Shown piece after piece: positions 47,353-57,168 of a stretch of DNA of 64,000 nucleotides. The DNA lies in the NCBI GenBank assembly GCA_965223845.1, contig CBDCXR010000004.1:5856001-5920000 (forward strand). Direction: 5' to 3'. The position numbers were made by a program, and so were the translations under genes. Origin of the DNA: Planctomycetota bacterium (GTDB taxonomy: Bacteria; Planctomycetota; UBA8108; SXIK01). Every line of letters starts with the position of its first letter. The stretch's first letter is position 1. The notes under the pieces are model-generated. The model was not told the DNA's origin. It searched no databases and was given only the letters and a program-made list of their open reading frames with translations.

Positions 47353-48489
47353 ATGAATCTTCGACCTAGCCTCTACCGCCTCCCCCACCTCGCGGCCGCG
47401 CTCGCTGTTCTGTCCGCACTTCCCGCGTTCGCCCAGCTTCCGCCAGCGCGAACGGGCGACGCCTACGTCTCGAGCTACGGGACGGATGAGATCTACTGCT
47501 TCGATGCGAGCGGCCGGTACAAGTTCCACTTCGACAGCGAGACCCTCGACGGGCCGCGGGGGATCGCGATCACTCCCGAGGGCGAGCTCTTCGTGAGCTC
47601 TCAGCGGAGCCATCGCGTCATCGTCTTCGATCTTTCCGGCTCGCCGAAGCGGGAGATTCAGGCCGAGGGGTTTTCGCAGCCCACCGGACTCGCGTTTAGT
47701 CCGGAGGGCGATCTCTACGTTTCATCGTTCGATCGGTCGGAAGTGTTCGTCTTCGCGGGCGAGAAGCTCGTGCGCACGGTCTCGCACGAGGACTTGCGCG
47801 GTGCGAACTGCGTCGCGTTCGCTGCTTCGGGCGACTATTACGTCGCGAGTCAATCGAACAGCCGCATCCTTCATTTTGATGCCGCGGGCGAGTGGCAGCG
47901 GACGTTTACGGGAGGCAATCTTCGCAGCGCGATGGGGATCGCCGTCTACGAAGGCAAGCTCTACGCGACGGGCGGCGCTAGCAACACGGTGGCCGTGTTC
48001 TCGCTCGGCGGTGAGTTCCAACGCAATATCGATACCGGCGACACGATCTCGGGGCCGCAGGGGATCGCCTTCGACGACCGCGGGCGCTTCACCATCGCCT
48101 CGTTCTACACCGGGAAGGTTGCGACGTACCCGATCGCGGGTGACTCGCCGCAGCTCTTCGACAGTCCCGGGCTCGACGTTGCGCGCAGCATCGCGTACGT
48201 GCCCCTCGAGCCGCTGCGCGAAGTGAGCTTCCAGCGCGGTGACTTCAATCGTGATTTCGCCTTCAACATCAGCGATCCGCTCGCGATCCTCGGCTTTCTC
48301 TTCTCCGGGGTCGGCGACGGACTCTGCCGCGACGCCGGCGACATCAACGACGACGGGAAGCTCAACATCGCCGATGCGACTCGAGCGCTCGGCTATCTCT
48401 TCGGTGACGGTCCGCCGCCCGAGCCGCCGTTCTCCGAAGCGGGCGACGACCCGACCCCCGACGAGCTGCGCTGCTACGCGGCCGAGTGA
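47353..48489 (+). CDS. Secreted NHL/beta-propeller protein with C-terminal dockerin-like domain
   Basis: GGAG RBS, ATG 47353, signal peptide; repeats GPRGIAITPEG, PTGLAFSPEG, AMGIAV, GPQGIAFD; FQRGDFNRDFAFNISD...DAGDINDDGKLNIAD. Confidence 0.85.
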   Translation: MNLRPSLYRLPHLAAALAVLSALPAFAQLPPARTGDAYVSSYGTDEIYCFDASGRYKFHFDSETLDGPRGIAITPEGELFVSSQRSHRVIVFDLSGSPKREIQAEGFSQPTGLAFSPEGDLYVSSFDRSEVFVFAGEKLVRTVSHEDLRGANCVAFAASGDYYVASQSNSRILHFDAAGEWQRTFTGGNLRSAMGIAVYEGKLYATGGASNTVAVFSLGGEFQRNIDTGDTISGPQGIAFDDRGRFTIASFYTGKVATYPIAGDSPQLFDSPGLDVARSIAYVPLEPLREVSFQRGDFNRDFAFNISDPLAILGFLFSGVGDGLCRDAGDINDDGKLNIADATRALGYLFGDGPPPEPPFSEAGDDPTPDELRCYAAE

Positions 48490-48702
48490 ATCGCGACGCC
48501 GTCCCGCACATTCCCCGAAGCGCGGCTCGGGTCGCCGGCGAAATTCGGACGACTCGCGTCTCGCGCGCCGGTTACCATTGACGCTTCATCGAAGGGACGA
48601 GCCCGCCGGGAGGCGATCGAAGACTCGCTCGAAGCTTGCGGATTCGACCTCGGCTCGAGAGCCGTCGGCGCGTGCTCCATACGACAAGGGAAGAAATTCT
48701 TC

Positions 48703-51700
48703 ATGTTGCCGTCCATTTCGCGGAGTCGCCGCTCCGCGCTGCTCGGGGCACTGTGGTGTGGTGTGTTTTCCATCGTCGCGTCGACAGGTGTCCATGCGGA
48801 CATTCTGATTAGTGAGATCCACTACGCGCCCGTGGATGCGAGCGGAGTGCCGCAGCCGAATCTCGAGTTCGTCGAGGTGTTCAACGACGGCCCGGAAGTC
48901 TACGACCTCACCGGCTATCAGTTCGTCGACGGCTTCTCGTTCGAGTTCACCGAGCGGACGTTCATCCCGGGACGCGGCTACATCGTTATCTGTCGAGACG
49001 AGGATGCGCTGCGCGATGCGTACGGCATCACGAACACCGTGGGCAACTTCGACGGCATTCTCGACAACTCCGGCGAACGTCTCAGTCTCGCTAATCCGCA
49101 GGGCGCGATCGTGAGCAGTGTCTCCTACAACGACCGCGGAAAGTGGCCGGCGGCGGCAAAGGGCACGGGGCATTCACTCGCTCTCTTCGACGGCTACACG
49201 GATCCGGGTGAACCGGAGAACTGGCGCGCGAGCACTCAGTTCGGCGGGACGCCCGGCCGGATCAACTTCGCGACGGACGTCACTTTCGAAGATCGAACTT
49301 TGATCGAGCCCGGCGAAGAGTGGCGCTATCGAAAAGGGACGTCGGCGCCGCCGGCGAGCTGGGCTTCGCGCACCTTCGACGATGGCTCGTGGTCGCGGGG
49401 CGAGACCGGAATCGGCTACGGCGACGGCGACGACGCGACGGTTCTCGACGACATGGAGGACAACTATTTGACCGTGTTCTGCCGGAAGTCGTTTGCGCTT
49501 TCGGCGGATGACATCGAGGCGATCGACGACCTCGTCCTTCGTGTCGTCGTCGACGATGGCATCTACGTTTATCTAAACGGAGCCTCTGCCGGCTCGTCGA
49601 ACGGCACGGGTCGCGGTCACGATGACAACGCCGGGAGTGCGGGTGAGCCGGAAACGGTGGAGTTCGACCTCACCGGGCTCAAGGACGAGCTCGTCGTCGG
49701 GACGAACGTCGTCGCCGCGTCCGTTCACAACGCGAACCTCGGGAGCTCCGACCTTTCGTTCATTCCATCGCTTCTCAGCCGACGGCGCATCGAGCCCGAA
49801 GAGACCGCGACCGTCCCGGTCATCATCAACGAGGGGCTCCTTCGATCGGCCGAGCGCTTCGTCGAGCTTCACAACACGAGCGGCGGGACCATCGATCTCG
49901 CCGGGTACTTCCTCACCGACGATTTTGCCGACCTCGAGCGCTACTCCCTGCCGGCCGGGACGACGATCGGTCCGCGCGGCTTTCTTCAGCTCACCGAGGC
50001 CGAGACGGGCCTCGACTTCAGTGTCGATCCCGGTCTCAAGGACCGCGTCTCGATCGCGCTTACGAATCCGAACGGGACGCGTGTCGTCGACGCGTACATA
50101 TTCGAGCCGAAGGTGGACGGGAAGAGCGAAGCGCGCGTTCCCGACGGAATCGGCGACTTCGAGCCGGCAGCGGTCCCGACGCCGGGGGCGGCGAACGAGG
50201 TCGATGTGATCTCGAGCGTCGTTTTCAACGAGATCATGTATCACACGATTTCGGACGACGTCCGCGGCGAGTACATCGAGTTCTTCAATCGCGGGGACGT
50301 CGACGTCGACCTCGGCGGCTGGCGTGTCGTCGGCGTCGACTACGAGTTTCCTCCCGGAACCGTGATCCCGGCGGGAGACTACCGTGTCATCGCCCACAGC
50401 CCGTCGCGCATTCGACAGGTTTACGATCTCGACGAAACCGTCGTGCTCGAGCCCGCGTGGGGAGGACGACTCCGAGACAGCGGCGAGCGAATCGATCTCG
50501 TCGATCTCAACGGGAACACGGCCGATTCGGTTCGTTTCTACGACGGCGGAGAGTGGCCCGTCTGGACCGACGGCCTCGGCTCCTCGCTCGAGCTCATCGA
50601 TCCGTTCGCCGACAACGAGAACCCGCTCGCCTGGGACGCCAGCGACGATTCCGCCAAGGCTCGCGCGACGACGATTCAGTACGGAGGCGTACCGTTCGGC
50701 GGGCGCGAGTCGGACTTCGGAGTCTTTCTCGCGGAGGAGGGCATCGCGATCATCGACGACGTTTCGCTCCAGCGAAGCGGCAGCAACACGAATCTCATTC
50801 GCAATCCAAGCTTTGACTCGAGCACGACCTCGTGGCGCATCGAAGGAACGCACAGCCGCTCGGGCCGAACGAGTGACGACGAGGAGACTCTGCGCGGAGG
50901 CGGCTCACTCAAGCTGATCTGCTGGGGCGGAGGAGGCGACTACAAGGTCAATCGCGTCGAGCAGAACACGTCGACCCAGACGTCCGGCAGCTACTCGGTC
51001 AGCTTCGAGGCGCGGTGGGTCGTCGGTAGTCCGCGCATCATCACGATCGGGGACTACAGCACGGGCCAGCCGTCGAATCCGGGTCTCGCCGGCTCGAATC
51101 GCCTGACCGTTCCGTCGCAGCTCGGCACGCCGGGCGCGGTGAACAGCGTGACGCTGCGGCAGATCGATCGCGCGGGCTCGTCGAACATCGGGCCGACGTT
51201 CGGGGACGCGCATCACTCGCCGGGAGTTCCGTCCTCGGGCGCGGCGGTGACGGTTTCGGCGCGCGTGAGGGATCCCGACGGCGTCGTCAGCGTGAGCGCT
51301 TACTACCGCGCCGAGAGTCCGAATGGATCCTTCACCGAAGTGAGGCTCAGCCACGAGGGCGGCGGGCTCTACCGCGGCACGATTCCCGGGATGAGCCAGG
51401 GAACGAAAGTTCTCTTTTATTTCGAGGCAGTCGACACTCGGGGCGGCCTCTCGCGCTTCCCACGCGACATCGCGCGATCGACGCATCCGCCGATCGTCGA
51501 TCCCGACAGCCCGAGTCGGAACGATCTCCGTTACCTTCTCTATCGTCACGATCGAGCGAGCGTTTCGACCTCGCGCCATGCGCTTCGATTCATCCTCAAC
51601 GAAGCGAGTGAGAGCGAGCTCGGATCGCGCCGCGTACTTTCCAATCAAATGCTCGATGGGACGCTCGTCTTCGGCGACGACGATATCTACTACAACGCGA

Positions 51701-53550
51701 AGATCCGTTTTGCGGGGAGCCCATGGCTCCGTCCGGGCGGCGGATTCGACAAGAGCTACGCGCTCCGGTTCCCGAAGGACAATCCGCTCCACGGCCGGCA
51801 CCGCGCCATCAATCTCGACGAGCACGGCTCGAACGCACGCGAGCGCATCAGCCACTATCTTCTCCGTCACAGCGCGGGCAAGTTCACGAAGCTTCCCTAT
51901 TGGGACTTTCACGCCCTCTCGAGCTTCGAGCTGAACGACGTCCACTCCGACACGAAGGAAATCCTCGCCAAGCCGAACAGTCAGTATCTCAACTTCTGGT
52001 TTCCGGACGACGATGTCTCGCCCTTCTACGAGATGGACGACCGGTTCCAGTTCGACGACAGCGGCAATCGTCAGGGAAACGCCGAGGCGCACGTTCTCTA
52101 TCCGCCCTACGGATCGAGTAGCGGTGGCGACAACAAGGAAAACTATCGCTGGTACTTCGTCCCGCGGGGAAACACGAAGTCCTACGACGAGTTCGGCCCG
52201 CTCATCGCGCTCGCGCAGTTCATGGACGACCGCCGCACTCCGAACGCGACTTTCGACGCCGCCGTGTTCGATCTCATCGACGTCGAAGAACTTCTCCGCG
52301 TCTTTGCGATCGAGCTCAACATCGACGATTGGGATACCTGGAGCGGGCGCCGCGGAAAGAACGGCTACCTCCATCAGTCGAGCTCGGATGGCCTGTGGCG
52401 AAAGATCCCCTGGGATCTCGAGCTCACGTACGGCGACGTCAACGCGACGAGCCTGCCGTCGTCGCCGACGAGTACGTACCGCAATCATTTCCGGGAGATC
52501 GAGCGCTTCATCAATCGACCGGCGATCAAGCGAAGGTACTACGGAATTCTCGCCGAGCAGGTGGATACCTCGAACGGCTTCTTTCACTCGCGGTACCTCG
52601 GCCCCTACATGCAGCGCCTCCAGGCCGACAGCGTCTCGAGCACGGGAATTGGGACGAGCGGCGGGTTCATCGATCAACGCGCCACCCGAATCCGCGGCTG
52701 GATCCGAACGGTCTCCTCCGCGTCGGTCGACTTCGAGATCACGACGAACGACGGGAACGACTTCGTCTCCGAGAACGATACCGTGCGCTTCTCAGGCACC
52801 GCGCCGGTCGAAGTCGCTCACCTCGTCGTTCACCGAAACGGCGATCCGATCGACGTCCAAACGGTGTTCGCCTCGATGACTCGCTGGCAGACCGGGAACA
52901 TGGAACTCGGCGGTGACGTCAACGAGTTCGAGATCCTCGGATTCAACTCGCAAGGGGAGTTTTTCGATAGCGCGACGATCCGAGTCACGGCGCCGTTTTC
53001 CTTCGAGAAACCGGAGATCATTTCGGTGACGCCCGAAAGGGTCGTCGTCGGCGGGACGATCGAAATCCGTGGCACGAACTTTCACCCAGGTCTCGAAGTC
53101 CGGTTCAATGGGTTCATAGTCGCCGAGAACGTCGAGTTCGACCCCGACGTTGATCCGTCCGTCGTTCGCGTTGTCCTCCCCGAGGCGGGACTCACGGCCG
53201 GCGTCGCGACGGTCGCGGTGAAGAACATCGACGGGAAGGAGACGGATCACGTCGTGATCCAGATCATCGAGGATCTCGGAGAGATCGTGTTCATCCGAGG
53301 AGACGCGAACCTCGACGGTGGCGCGAACGTGAGCGATGCCCTCGCCGTGCTCAATCACCTCTTCTCGGATGGATTCGAGCCCGGCTGCCTCGATGCCGCC
53401 GACGTCAACGACTCGGGCGTTGTCGATATCAGCGATCCAGTGAACCTGCTCAATTTCCTCTTCGGCGACGAGGCTCCCCCGCTTCCGCCCTATCCGGACC
53501 CGGGGACGGACCCGACGCCCGACGAAACGTCGTGTCTCGAGGGGCTCTGA
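48703..53550 (+). CDS. Secreted lamin-tail-domain / CotH-kinase-like protein with IPT/TIG and dockerin-like domains
   Basis: LTD starts ILISEIHY, VIINEG, VVFNEIMY; CotH-like KIRFAGSPW, DDWDTW..RGKNGYLH..WRKIPWDLELTY; PEIISVTP TIG; FIRGDANLDGGANVSD...DAADVNDSGVVDISD. Confidence 0.87.
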   Translation: MLPSISRSRRSALLGALWCGVFSIVASTGVHADILISEIHYAPVDASGVPQPNLEFVEVFNDGPEVYDLTGYQFVDGFSFEFTERTFIPGRGYIVICRDEDALRDAYGITNTVGNFDGILDNSGERLSLANPQGAIVSSVSYNDRGKWPAAAKGTGHSLALFDGYTDPGEPENWRASTQFGGTPGRINFATDVTFEDRTLIEPGEEWRYRKGTSAPPASWASRTFDDGSWSRGETGIGYGDGDDATVLDDMEDNYLTVFCRKSFALSADDIEAIDDLVLRVVVDDGIYVYLNGASAGSSNGTGRGHDDNAGSAGEPETVEFDLTGLKDELVVGTNVVAASVHNANLGSSDLSFIPSLLSRRRIEPEETATVPVIINEGLLRSAERFVELHNTSGGTIDLAGYFLTDDFADLERYSLPAGTTIGPRGFLQLTEAETGLDFSVDPGLKDRVSIALTNPNGTRVVDAYIFEPKVDGKSEARVPDGIGDFEPAAVPTPGAANEVDVISSVVFNEIMYHTISDDVRGEYIEFFNRGDVDVDLGGWRVVGVDYEFPPGTVIPAGDYRVIAHSPSRIRQVYDLDETVVLEPAWGGRLRDSGERIDLVDLNGNTADSVRFYDGGEWPVWTDGLGSSLELIDPFADNENPLAWDASDDSAKARATTIQYGGVPFGGRESDFGVFLAEEGIAIIDDVSLQRSGSNTNLIRNPSFDSSTTSWRIEGTHSRSGRTSDDEETLRGGGSLKLICWGGGGDYKVNRVEQNTSTQTSGSYSVSFEARWVVGSPRIITIGDYSTGQPSNPGLAGSNRLTVPSQLGTPGAVNSVTLRQIDRAGSSNIGPTFGDAHHSPGVPSSGAAVTVSARVRDPDGVVSVSAYYRAESPNGSFTEVRLSHEGGGLYRGTIPGMSQGTKVLFYFEAVDTRGGLSRFPRDIARSTHPPIVDPDSPSRNDLRYLLYRHDRASVSTSRHALRFILNEASESELGSRRVLSNQMLDGTLVFGDDDIYYNAKIRFAGSPWLRPGGGFDKSYALRFPKDNPLHGRHRAINLDEHGSNARERISHYLLRHSAGKFTKLPYWDFHALSSFELNDVHSDTKEILAKPNSQYLNFWFPDDDVSPFYEMDDRFQFDDSGNRQGNAEAHVLYPPYGSSSGGDNKENYRWYFVPRGNTKSYDEFGPLIALAQFMDDRRTPNATFDAAVFDLIDVEELLRVFAIELNIDDWDTWSGRRGKNGYLHQSSSDGLWRKIPWDLELTYGDVNATSLPSSPTSTYRNHFREIERFINRPAIKRRYYGILAEQVDTSNGFFHSRYLGPYMQRLQADSVSSTGIGTSGGFIDQRATRIRGWIRTVSSASVDFEITTNDGNDFVSENDTVRFSGTAPVEVAHLVVHRNGDPIDVQTVFASMTRWQTGNMELGGDVNEFEILGFNSQGEFFDSATIRVTAPFSFEKPEIISVTPERVVVGGTIEIRGTNFHPGLEVRFNGFIVAENVEFDPDVDPSVVRVVLPEAGLTAGVATVAVKNIDGKETDHVVIQIIEDLGEIVFIRGDANLDGGANVSDALAVLNHLFSDGFEPGCLDAADVNDSGVVDISDPVNLLNFLFGDEAPPLPPYPDPGTDPTPDETSCLEGL

Positions 53551-53579
53551 GCGCCGCACGAATCGGGAGAACGGAGAGC

Positions 53580-55136
53580 GTGAACGCGTCACAAATCGCG
53601 TCGAGGTCGAGGAGATCTCGGGGAAGGCCGCTTCTCTTGTTCGCGATCGTCGCATTCGGTGCGCGCGACGGGCGAACGGAAGACGGGAAGCTCTGGATCG
53701 AGGCCCAGGACGCGGGCGGCGCTGTCGTCCCCTGCCGCGTCCATCTCTCCGGCGCAGACGGAAAGCCGATTCGAGCACCGGGATCGCCGTTTTTCCGCGA
53801 TCATTTCACGGCTCCGGGCGGCGTCGAGCTGACGCTTCCGGTCGGGAAGTATCGCTACGAGATCGAGCGCGGTCCGGAGTTCGAACGCGCGGCGGGTACC
53901 GTCCTCGTATCGAGTCGCCCTGCGAAGATCGTCGCCAGCATCGGTCGAATCTCCAATCTTCGCGCCGACGGCTGGTACTCCGGCGACCTTCACATCCACC
54001 GTCCTCCCGGCGACATCGAGACTCTCGCGAGAGCGGAGGACCTCGATGTCGCCCCGGTGATCACGTGGTGGAATAACCGGAACCTGTGGAGCGGACGAGC
54101 GCCGCCGAGGCGTGTTCTTCGCCGCTTCGACGGTTCGCGCTACGCGCACGTGATGGCCGGCGAAGACGAGAGGGAAGGCGGCGCACTTCTCTATTTCGGG
54201 CTCGAGAAGCCGATCGAGATCACTGGCGCTTCGCGCGAGCACCCCTCTCCCCTCGACTTCGTCGCCGCTGCGCGCGCCGCCAACTCAAAGGTCTGGATCG
54301 ACATCGAGAAGCCGTTTTGGTGGGACGTTCCGGTGTGGCTCGCGCTCGGCGACGTGCACTCGATCGGAATCGCGAACAATCACATGTGCCGCTCGACCGT
54401 GCTGGGGAACGAGGCTTGGGGGCGCCCGCGCGACACCGAACGCCTCCCCGCGCCGCACGGAAACGGCTACTGGACGCAGGAGATCTACTACCACGCGCTC
54501 AACGCTGGACTGCGAGTTCCTCCGTCGGCAGGAAGCGCGTCGGGCGTTCTTCCGAATCCGGTCGGTTACAACCGCGTCTACGTGCACGTCCCGGGCGAGT
54601 TCACCTACGAGAAGTGGTGGGAGGGCCTCCGCGCGGGACGCTCCTTCGTGACGAACGGTCCGCTCTTGCAGGTGAAGGCTTCGGGAGATCGCCCCGGCGC
54701 GTCGTTTCGGGGTCCAGAGGGTCACCGCTTCGAGATCCCGCTCGAGATCGAAGTGGTTTCAAACGATGCCCTCGATCGAATAGAGCTCGTTCAAAATGGC
54801 GAAATCGCCGTGTCGCTGCCGGCCGGCGGCGCTCGTCGACACCAAGCGCGGGCGACCGTCTTGTTCACGGCGAGCGGCTGGTTTCTCGTCCGAGTCTTCG
54901 CAAGGAACGAGCGCACGTTTCGTTTCGCGTCGACCGCACCGTACTTTGTCGAGATCGGCGCGAACGCGCGCCCCGTGCGAAAACCTTCCACGGAGTTCTT
55001 TCTTCGGTGGGCGCGCGAACGCGCGGATCGAGTTCGAAAGAACCTCGCCGGCGAGCCGAAGAAGCTCGCCGACGTGATCGCGTACCACGAGCGTGCGATC
55101 CGGTTCTGGGAGGAGAAGGTGAGCGAGGCCGATTGA
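53580..55136 (+). CDS. CehA/McbA-like PHP-family metallohydrolase
   Basis: Likely GTG start at 53580 after GGAGAG; VPCRVHL, IERGPEF, GWYSGDLHIH, YYHALNAGLRVPPSAGS, VGYNRVYV, LRAGRSFVTNGP. Confidence 0.8.
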   Translation: MNASQIASRSRRSRGRPLLLFAIVAFGARDGRTEDGKLWIEAQDAGGAVVPCRVHLSGADGKPIRAPGSPFFRDHFTAPGGVELTLPVGKYRYEIERGPEFERAAGTVLVSSRPAKIVASIGRISNLRADGWYSGDLHIHRPPGDIETLARAEDLDVAPVITWWNNRNLWSGRAPPRRVLRRFDGSRYAHVMAGEDEREGGALLYFGLEKPIEITGASREHPSPLDFVAAARAANSKVWIDIEKPFWWDVPVWLALGDVHSIGIANNHMCRSTVLGNEAWGRPRDTERLPAPHGNGYWTQEIYYHALNAGLRVPPSAGSASGVLPNPVGYNRVYVHVPGEFTYEKWWEGLRAGRSFVTNGPLLQVKASGDRPGASFRGPEGHRFEIPLEIEVVSNDALDRIELVQNGEIAVSLPAGGARRHQARATVLFTASGWFLVRVFARNERTFRFASTAPYFVEIGANARPVRKPSTEFFLRWARERADRVRKNLAGEPKKLADVIAYHERAIRFWEEKVSEAD

Positions 55137-55542
55137 GCCAAGAGTCGCGCCTTCGAATCCGCCTCGCTTCGAGTGGAACGATCCCGTCGATACTCATCTC
55201 TCGTGCTCTTCGCGACGTGGTCATGTAGGGCGAAGCTACGCCCCCGCACCGCGGTGAAGCGCCGAAGAGCCAAGGCAGTTTCGGTCGACGAGATTCGGCC
55301 CGGTTTGGCGCGTCGCGTGCGCCGCCGTCGCAACCATCGCTGCGCCAAGCCTTTAAACACAATAGTCGGTACGATTAAATCAAGTCGAAGGGGTCTGTTT
55401 AGAGCAACTTGAACTGCGTCGCGTCATACGAGTATCGCGAAATAGTTCGCATGCGGAAGCTGTTCTCTCATTAATTCGGAGAGAGAGCGCAGTAGATCGC
55501 GATTGACATCTGCGGCCTCCCGGACACGATGCAGGAGCTTGC

Positions 55543-57168
55543 TTGGTGTGGGGCTCCGAAGTGGAAAATCGACACGTAGCGTGGGAAGCGTTCGAGTCCG
55601 CCGAGACGGTGCTCAGTCGGAATCCTTCCGTCCGTGCATCGGAACTCGGGTTCAAGGTCTCGGATGGCGAGTTGTTGCCTCAGCTGGCGATTCGCGTATA
55701 CGTAGACGCCAAGCTGCCCGCCGCCGCGGTCCCTAGAGACTGCCTCATTCCTCCCGTGATCGCTGGACTGCCGACGGATGTGCTCGCCGTCCGTGACGAA
55801 GCGTTCCTCGGACACGACATGGTCGGCGGTGATCAGCTCACGCGAGTCGTGTGGAACGAGTCCGGAACCGGTTCCGGAACACTTGGCTACATGGCTACGC
55901 GTCAGACCGACAGCGCGACGGTGATGCTCTGCAACGAGCACGTATTCCGGAGCGACCTCGGCGAGGGTGAGCGGCGTGAGATCTATCAGCCGGACATTTC
56001 TCGCTGTCTCGGGAGCACCTGTAACAAGGTGGGGTACGTCGCGGACGGTTTCATCGGCGACGTCACCTGGGCGAGTAGCGGCACTCCTTCCCCGCATTTC
56101 GTCGACTGCGCGATCGGTGAAGTCGTCGACGCGAGCTCCAAGCGCGGAGTGAAGGATCTCCCTGCGATTACCGGCGATCAAGATATCTCCACGACACCGG
56201 TCGGTCCCGGCGAGGCTCCACTCCCGGTAAAGAAAATCGGTGCGACGACGGGGCGCACGGAAGGTGTCGTGGTGAGCGTCAACAGTACCGGGCATCAGAA
56301 GGTGGGCCCGATCGAGATTCTCAACCAACCGCGCACCATTCTGATTCGCACGACGAACGGCCCGTTTTTCGAGGAGACGTTTACCGTTCCCGCCGGCGAG
56401 GTGAGCTCCATCAAAGACGCGTTCAACGCGCTTGGAGGTCCCGGCACCGTCTCCGACGCCGGAACCAATCAACTGCGCTTTCGCGTTCCGACGTTTTCTC
56501 GAGGCGGAGATTCGGGATCGGCCATCGTAAGCGCGAGCGGAGGGATCGTCGGCTTGCTATACGCGAGCGCGATCTTCTCGTTTCCCGCCATCGAGGGAAC
56601 AGAGACGGTTCGGAAGACGATCCCCGTCGGCGAGTCGCGGGCGTGCCACATCGGGCCGGTGATGAACCGGATGGGAGTCCGGATCGATCCGTCCACCTCG
56701 CCTAGCGCCGGTCCGGACGTATTCGTGCCCGGTGTCGCGATCGCTGCCAGCAAGCCGGATCCATCGCTTCGAGAACGCATCGACGCGCTGGAGATTCAGT
56801 TGCGTTCCAGCCCAACCGGACGAAGGTTCTTCGAGCTCATTCGGAAGCACGGACGCGAAGTGGTCCAGCTTGTTCACCATCATCGAGCCGTGAAGGTCGC
56901 GTGGCACCGGCACCACGGGCCGGCCTTTGCCGCGCTCGTCGTCGACCACTTGCGCGATTCCGCCCGGTTCGTCCCCCGCGCGCATCAGGGAAAGACGTTC
57001 TCTTCGCTCTTGTCCGCCATGGCCGACGTCTTCGTTCGTCACGGCAGTCCGGCGCTCGGCGCCGCGATTGAAGCCCATCGCTGCCGGTTTCTCGATTGCA
57101 TCGCCCGCAGTCGCAGTGTGGACGAGTTCATGGTTGCCCTGGCAAGCGAACCGAGCGCTGTCGAATGA
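55543..57168 (+). CDS. Trypsin-like (S1, Nal1-type) serine protease 1: prodomain + protease + C-terminal helical domain
   Basis: AGGAG RBS; prodomain LGFK...IRVYVDAK...IPPVIAGLPTDV; GTLG, NEHV (His), VDCAI (Asp), GGDSGS (Ser); no signal peptide. Confidence 0.85.
   Translation: MVWGSEVENRHVAWEAFESAETVLSRNPSVRASELGFKVSDGELLPQLAIRVYVDAKLPAAAVPRDCLIPPVIAGLPTDVLAVRDEAFLGHDMVGGDQLTRVVWNESGTGSGTLGYMATRQTDSATVMLCNEHVFRSDLGEGERREIYQPDISRCLGSTCNKVGYVADGFIGDVTWASSGTPSPHFVDCAIGEVVDASSKRGVKDLPAITGDQDISTTPVGPGEAPLPVKKIGATTGRTEGVVVSVNSTGHQKVGPIEILNQPRTILIRTTNGPFFEETFTVPAGEVSSIKDAFNALGGPGTVSDAGTNQLRFRVPTFSRGGDSGSAIVSASGGIVGLLYASAIFSFPAIEGTETVRKTIPVGESRACHIGPVMNRMGVRIDPSTSPSAGPDVFVPGVAIAASKPDPSLRERIDALEIQLRSSPTGRRFFELIRKHGREVVQLVHHHRAVKVAWHRHHGPAFAALVVDHLRDSARFVPRAHQGKTFSSLLSAMADVFVRHGSPALGAAIEAHRCRFLDCIARSRSVDEFMVALASEPSAVE

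Noticed and set aside
55503-55530. Sigma-70 promoter TTGACA...CACGAT directly before protease 1
   Set aside because: The -10 is weak and the implied start site would fall in the AGGAG RBS; not supportable as a feature.
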